This document shows, piece by piece, positions 61,213 through 64,000 of a stretch of DNA of 64,000 nt; the stretch's first letter is position 1; each line of letters begins with the position of its first letter. The position numbers and the translations under genes are program-made. The stretch is from the IMG/VR virus record IMGVR_UViG_3300028886_001624, positions 1-64,000 of that record. One strand, 5' to 3'. A model generated the notes under the pieces. It was not told the origin of the DNA. It ran no database searches and saw nothing but the letters and a program-made list of their open reading frames with translations. The stretch comes from an uncultured virus (IMG/VR IMGVR_UViG_3300028886_001624) (Duplodnaviria; Heunggongvirae; Uroviricota; Caudoviricetes).

Positions 61213-61431
61213 ATGGAAAAATGCATGCGGTGTGAGCACGACTTGATATTGACATCTAATTTTATGCTAAGTGAGGTTAGCGGGGTGGATTTGGATGAAG
61301 ATGATGATGCAATAGTGACATATGCAGAGTGTCCATATTGCGGTGCCAAATATGAATTGACCGATACTCCGGAATCAGAGAAGAAAAATTACCCCTATTG
61401 GAATGGAAACCATTCCATAGTTTACGAATAA
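61213..61431 (+). CDS. Small zinc-ribbon protein
   Basis: CMRC..CPYCG. Confidence 0.65.
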   Translation: MEKCMRCEHDLILTSNFMLSEVSGVDLDEDDDAIVTYAECPYCGAKYELTDTPESEKKNYPYWNGNHSIVYE

Positions 61432-61432
61432 A

Positions 61433-61982
61433 ACATAAGATGGACTCGTAACTCAGTTACAGTGAGGTTTAATCTCCACCAACTAAAGTTGAAATTTAGT
61501 AAATCAGCGGCATAAGTTCTTAATTGAATTGCGCAGGAGAGAATGGAGGTTTACTATCTTGCAAGAATTTCAATATGGTACTGATACAGTGAGGTTTAAT
61601 CTCCACCAACTAATGCACACATAAAAACCTCCGAGGGCGAAGATTAATTCTTCGATGGGCATACTGGATTGACAGTTGAAAGACCTTGTAGTGGCAAACA
61701 CGTGATTGAGGTCAGTGTGATACGTAAAGCAACGTGATGGAGACTGTGAAAGAGAAAAGCAGTGAGAATCTGCACTTTAGTAGAATCCTTAAGTGGATTG
61801 AAGGAGTTAATTGCTCTAAGACAGATGTAGGAGGTTTTACATTAGTTTAGTGCTGCTAGACCACAACAAACAAACAATCGCTGAAGGTAACATAGTGACT
61901 ATCGTAGTTACAAGGCAAATCTTGTAAGTCAAAAGCCTAAGCCTTCTTAGGGATGGACATAAAATGGACTCGTAACTCAGTT
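61433..61982 (+). ncRNA. ORF-less structured element flanked by a 26-bp duplication of a tRNA 5' end
   Basis: Direct repeats 61433-61458/61957-61982 and 61458-61486/61585-61613; multiple long stems. Confidence 0.6.
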
Positions 61983-62039
61983 GGTTAGAGTAGCAGACTC
62001 ATAATCTGAAGGTCGTAGGTTCAATTCCTACCGGGTCCA
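61966..62039 (+). tRNA. tRNA-CAT (Ile2 or elongator Met)
   Basis: GGACTCG/CGGGTCC acceptor; CAGA-CTCATAA-TCTG; GGTTCAATTCC. Confidence 0.9.
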
Positions 62040-62098
62040 CAATTTTTTCTTTTTTTTTTTTCTTGTTATATATATTTATAAAGAAAAAAGTGATTATT

Positions 62099-62440
62099 AT
62101 GACAGAAAAAAGAATTAAAGAAATAATAAGGGAATGTATAAACGAAATTACAGACAACGCGAATGACGATAGAATTAAATTTAACCCTAATCAATTTAGT
62201 AGTCTTACACAACGAATAAAAGAATTATACCCTAACGGTACTGGGGGGTTTCATCCCTACAAACCGGAAGAAAGGATAAGGAACTTTGAAGGATTATTTA
62301 AGGCTGATAATCCGGATTATAGAAATTTTAAGAAATGGAGGGAAAGGAAAATAAACGTGGAGCATTGGGATTCAATAAACGCAAATTGGGAGAATTACTG
62401 GAAAGAACTAGAACAACAAAAAACTTATAAAAAAATATAA
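62099..62440 (+). CDS. Hypothetical protein
   Basis: After TATTTATA motif; leader-like IKEIIRECINE. Confidence 0.6.
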   Translation: MTEKRIKEIIRECINEITDNANDDRIKFNPNQFSSLTQRIKELYPNGTGGFHPYKPEERIRNFEGLFKADNPDYRNFKKWRERKINVEHWDSINANWENYWKELEQQKTYKKI

Positions 62441-62512
62441 AGAAAAAGATACTTTTTGAAAAGTATGTTATATTTATATTAAAAAAATCAGAAATTTTAT
62501 TTGAAACATATT

Positions 62513-62608
62513 ATGGATAAAAAGTATATCACGACATCATTTTTCACATCGGTAGCCGCAAATAACTTTTGTGGTTGTTGTTGCGTGTCCGTTTCTTTAA
62601 AGGTTTGA
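62513..62608 (+). CDS. Putative leader peptide (31 aa, Cys/Phe-rich)
   Basis: MDKKYITTSFFTSVAANNFCGCCCVSVSLKV followed by terminator. Confidence 0.45.
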   Translation: MDKKYITTSFFTSVAANNFCGCCCVSVSLKV

Positions 62609-62663
62609 GACAGTCGTGAGAATACATAAATATCTATAGGCACTTACTTCAATATATATTCCC

Positions 62664-62709
62664 AAAAAGGCTGTTGAAAACTGTAAAATGTATTCAGCAG
62701 TCTTTTTTT
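62664..62709 (+). terminator. Intrinsic terminator hairpin
   Basis: AAAAAGGCTGTTGAA / TTCAGCAGTCTTTTT plus T run. Confidence 0.7.
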
Positions 62710-62765
62710 ATGGAAATAATTTTGAAAATTGAAAATTTTTATATATTTTTGCATTGAAAAAAATT

Positions 62766-62837
62766 GGTCCCTTTGCTGAGTGGTTTAGGCGGCGGTCTGC
62801 AAAACCGTATACATTGGTTCGATTCCAATAGGGGCCT
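62766..62837 (+). tRNA. tRNA-Cys(GCA)
   Basis: GGTCCCT/AGGGGCC, U73, GCGGT-CTGCAAA-ACCGT. Confidence 0.92.
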
Positions 62838-62842
62838 CAATT

Positions 62843-62915
62843 GGAATCTTAGCATAGAAGGTTCATGCGTGAGACTGAAAATCTTGAGAACGTAGTTCGA
62901 TTCCACGAGATTCCA
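62843..62915 (+). tRNA. tRNA-Phe(GAA)
   Basis: GGAATCT/AGATTCC; TGAGA-CTGAAAA-TCTTG. Confidence 0.88.
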
Positions 62916-63126
62916 CAAACATTTTTTTCCAAGGTAATAACAATGTTTTTAACAAAACAAGCAACTCTGTGCGTAACTACCGATAAGAGCGGTGACCTTG
63001 GAAAAATTTTGGCTCGATAGTTTAAGGGTATATAACTGTTAACACATATTCTAATAAAATCTAATAAAAATATTATTGATTTTATGACAAAAATCGTTAT
63101 TTTTTAAATGTTAATGATATTTATAT

Positions 63127-63348
63127 ATGAATAGCAAAATAAATAATACGAAAAAATCATTACAGAATATGCAGTTAAAAGTTGTTGAGGTCACAAAGAC
63201 AAACTATACTCTTGAGAATGGCGATGTATATGAACATACATTCGATATTGATGAGGACATTACAGTAGATGAATTTCAGAAACTACTTGATAATGCGAAG
63301 AACACAATCATCGAAACACTAAATAAGATTGAAAAAGATGAGATATAA
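63127..63348 (+). CDS. Hypothetical protein
   Basis: ORF coupled to the HTH gene. Confidence 0.6.
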   Translation: MNSKINNTKKSLQNMQLKVVEVTKTNYTLENGDVYEHTFDIDEDITVDEFQKLLDNAKNTIIETLNKIEKDEI

Positions 63349-63665
63349 TGGGCAAGTTACTAAAGATAGAAGAAGCGGCCCAATATCTCAATGTGTCACA
63401 AGATTGTCTTCGCAAATGGGATAGGGCAAATAAACTCAAACCACTTAAAACCGTTGGTGGGCATAGACGTTACAGCACAGATGTTCTTGACGAATTATTA
63501 GGAAAGAAAAATATTGTGAATTATGGAAATCTGTATGAACATCTTTGTTCCGCTAGTTACATTTCACAAATGATTGGTGACGATAATGCAGAAGAAATTG
63601 AAAAGATAAGAGTTGATGTGGGTGATAAACTACTTAAACTACACGAAAAAGAAATAGAATGTTAA
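63348..63665 (+). CDS. MerR/excisionase-type HTH protein (IS607 TnpA N-domain-like, no serine recombinase domain)
   Basis: EAAQYLNVSQDCLRKWD..KTVGGHRRY. Confidence 0.75.
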   Translation: MGKLLKIEEAAQYLNVSQDCLRKWDRANKLKPLKTVGGHRRYSTDVLDELLGKKNIVNYGNLYEHLCSASYISQMIGDDNAEEIEKIRVDVGDKLLKLHEKEIEC

Positions 63666-64000
63666 GGGCAATTAAGATAAGGTTATATCCAAATAAGGAA
63701 CAAGAACTGAAACTAAACAAGGTTTTGGGCTGCTACCGATTTGTCTATAACCAAATGCTTGCTCTCAAACAACAAGAATACAACGAGAATAAGAAATCAT
63801 TAGGGCTTACAGACCTTTCAAAATACTTTCACGGAACATTGCTGAAAGACGAACAATATGAATGGTTGAAGGAACAGAACACAAAGGTGATGAAGCAGTC
63901 AATAAGGCAGATGCTTTCAGCCTATGACAAGTTCTTCAAACAACATAACGGATTTCCAAAGTTCAAGTCAAAGAAGGACAAACAATCAGCATTGTTCCCA
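63659..64000 (+). CDS. tnpB: TnpB RNA-guided nuclease family protein (partial)
   Basis: MLRAIKIRLYPNKEQ..GCYRFVYN..WLKE..GFPKFKSKK. Confidence 0.9.
   Translation, partial: MLRAIKIRLYPNKEQELKLNKVLGCYRFVYNQMLALKQQEYNENKKSLGLTDLSKYFHGTLLKDEQYEWLKEQNTKVMKQSIRQMLSAYDKFFKQHNGFPKFKSKKDKQSALFP

Larger units (their letters stand above)
63029..64000 (+). mobile_element. Degenerate IS607-like element (left part), running off the window
   Basis: TCTAATAAAA tandem repeat near left end; MerR-type HTH ORF overlapping tnpB. Confidence 0.6.

Noticed and set aside
61458..61613. CRISPR mini-array from the 29-nt direct repeat
   Set aside because: Only two copies, the 98-nt spacer is itself a long stem-loop, and there are no cas genes nearby.
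1..64000. Stop-codon reassignment (TAG or TGA) as in some gut jumbo phages
   Set aside because: Long conserved genes are intact in code 11, and both TAG and TGA end genes at natural positions; only one internal TGA was seen.

Overview
AT-rich, mostly + strand 64 kb segment of a large (jumbo-type) tailed phage genome. The host is probably Bacteroidota (recurrent TAnnTTTG promoters, OmpA-like and BACON-like genes), and the genetic code appears standard. It encodes three WG-repeat proteins, a RuvC-like resolvase, an SbcC/gp46 ATPase, two sigma-70 factors, ClpP, DnaK, DnaJ, IF-3, SSB, RmlC, TelA, an Acb2/Tad1-like protein, zinc-ribbon and HNH endonucleases, a tail fibre with an S74 chaperone domain, many BspA-type LRR proteins, a tRNA cluster and a degenerate IS607-like/TnpB element at the right edge. 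Main observations: (1) a dispersed family of LRR gene cassettes whose conserved N-terminal leader is joined to the LRR body by a poly-C tract, out of frame in both complete copies, suggesting phase variation or frameshifting; (2) a tRNA-like gene with a 54-nt insertion in its anticodon stem carrying a GGAAAC-x-ACAGCAA motif that recurs, circularly permuted, in a free-standing hairpin nearby; (3) a ~500-nt ORF-less structured element flanked by a duplicated tRNA 5' end; (4) a Cys/Phe-rich leader peptide plus terminator ahead of tRNA-Cys and tRNA-Phe. All calls come from reading motifs by eye; no database searches were run.
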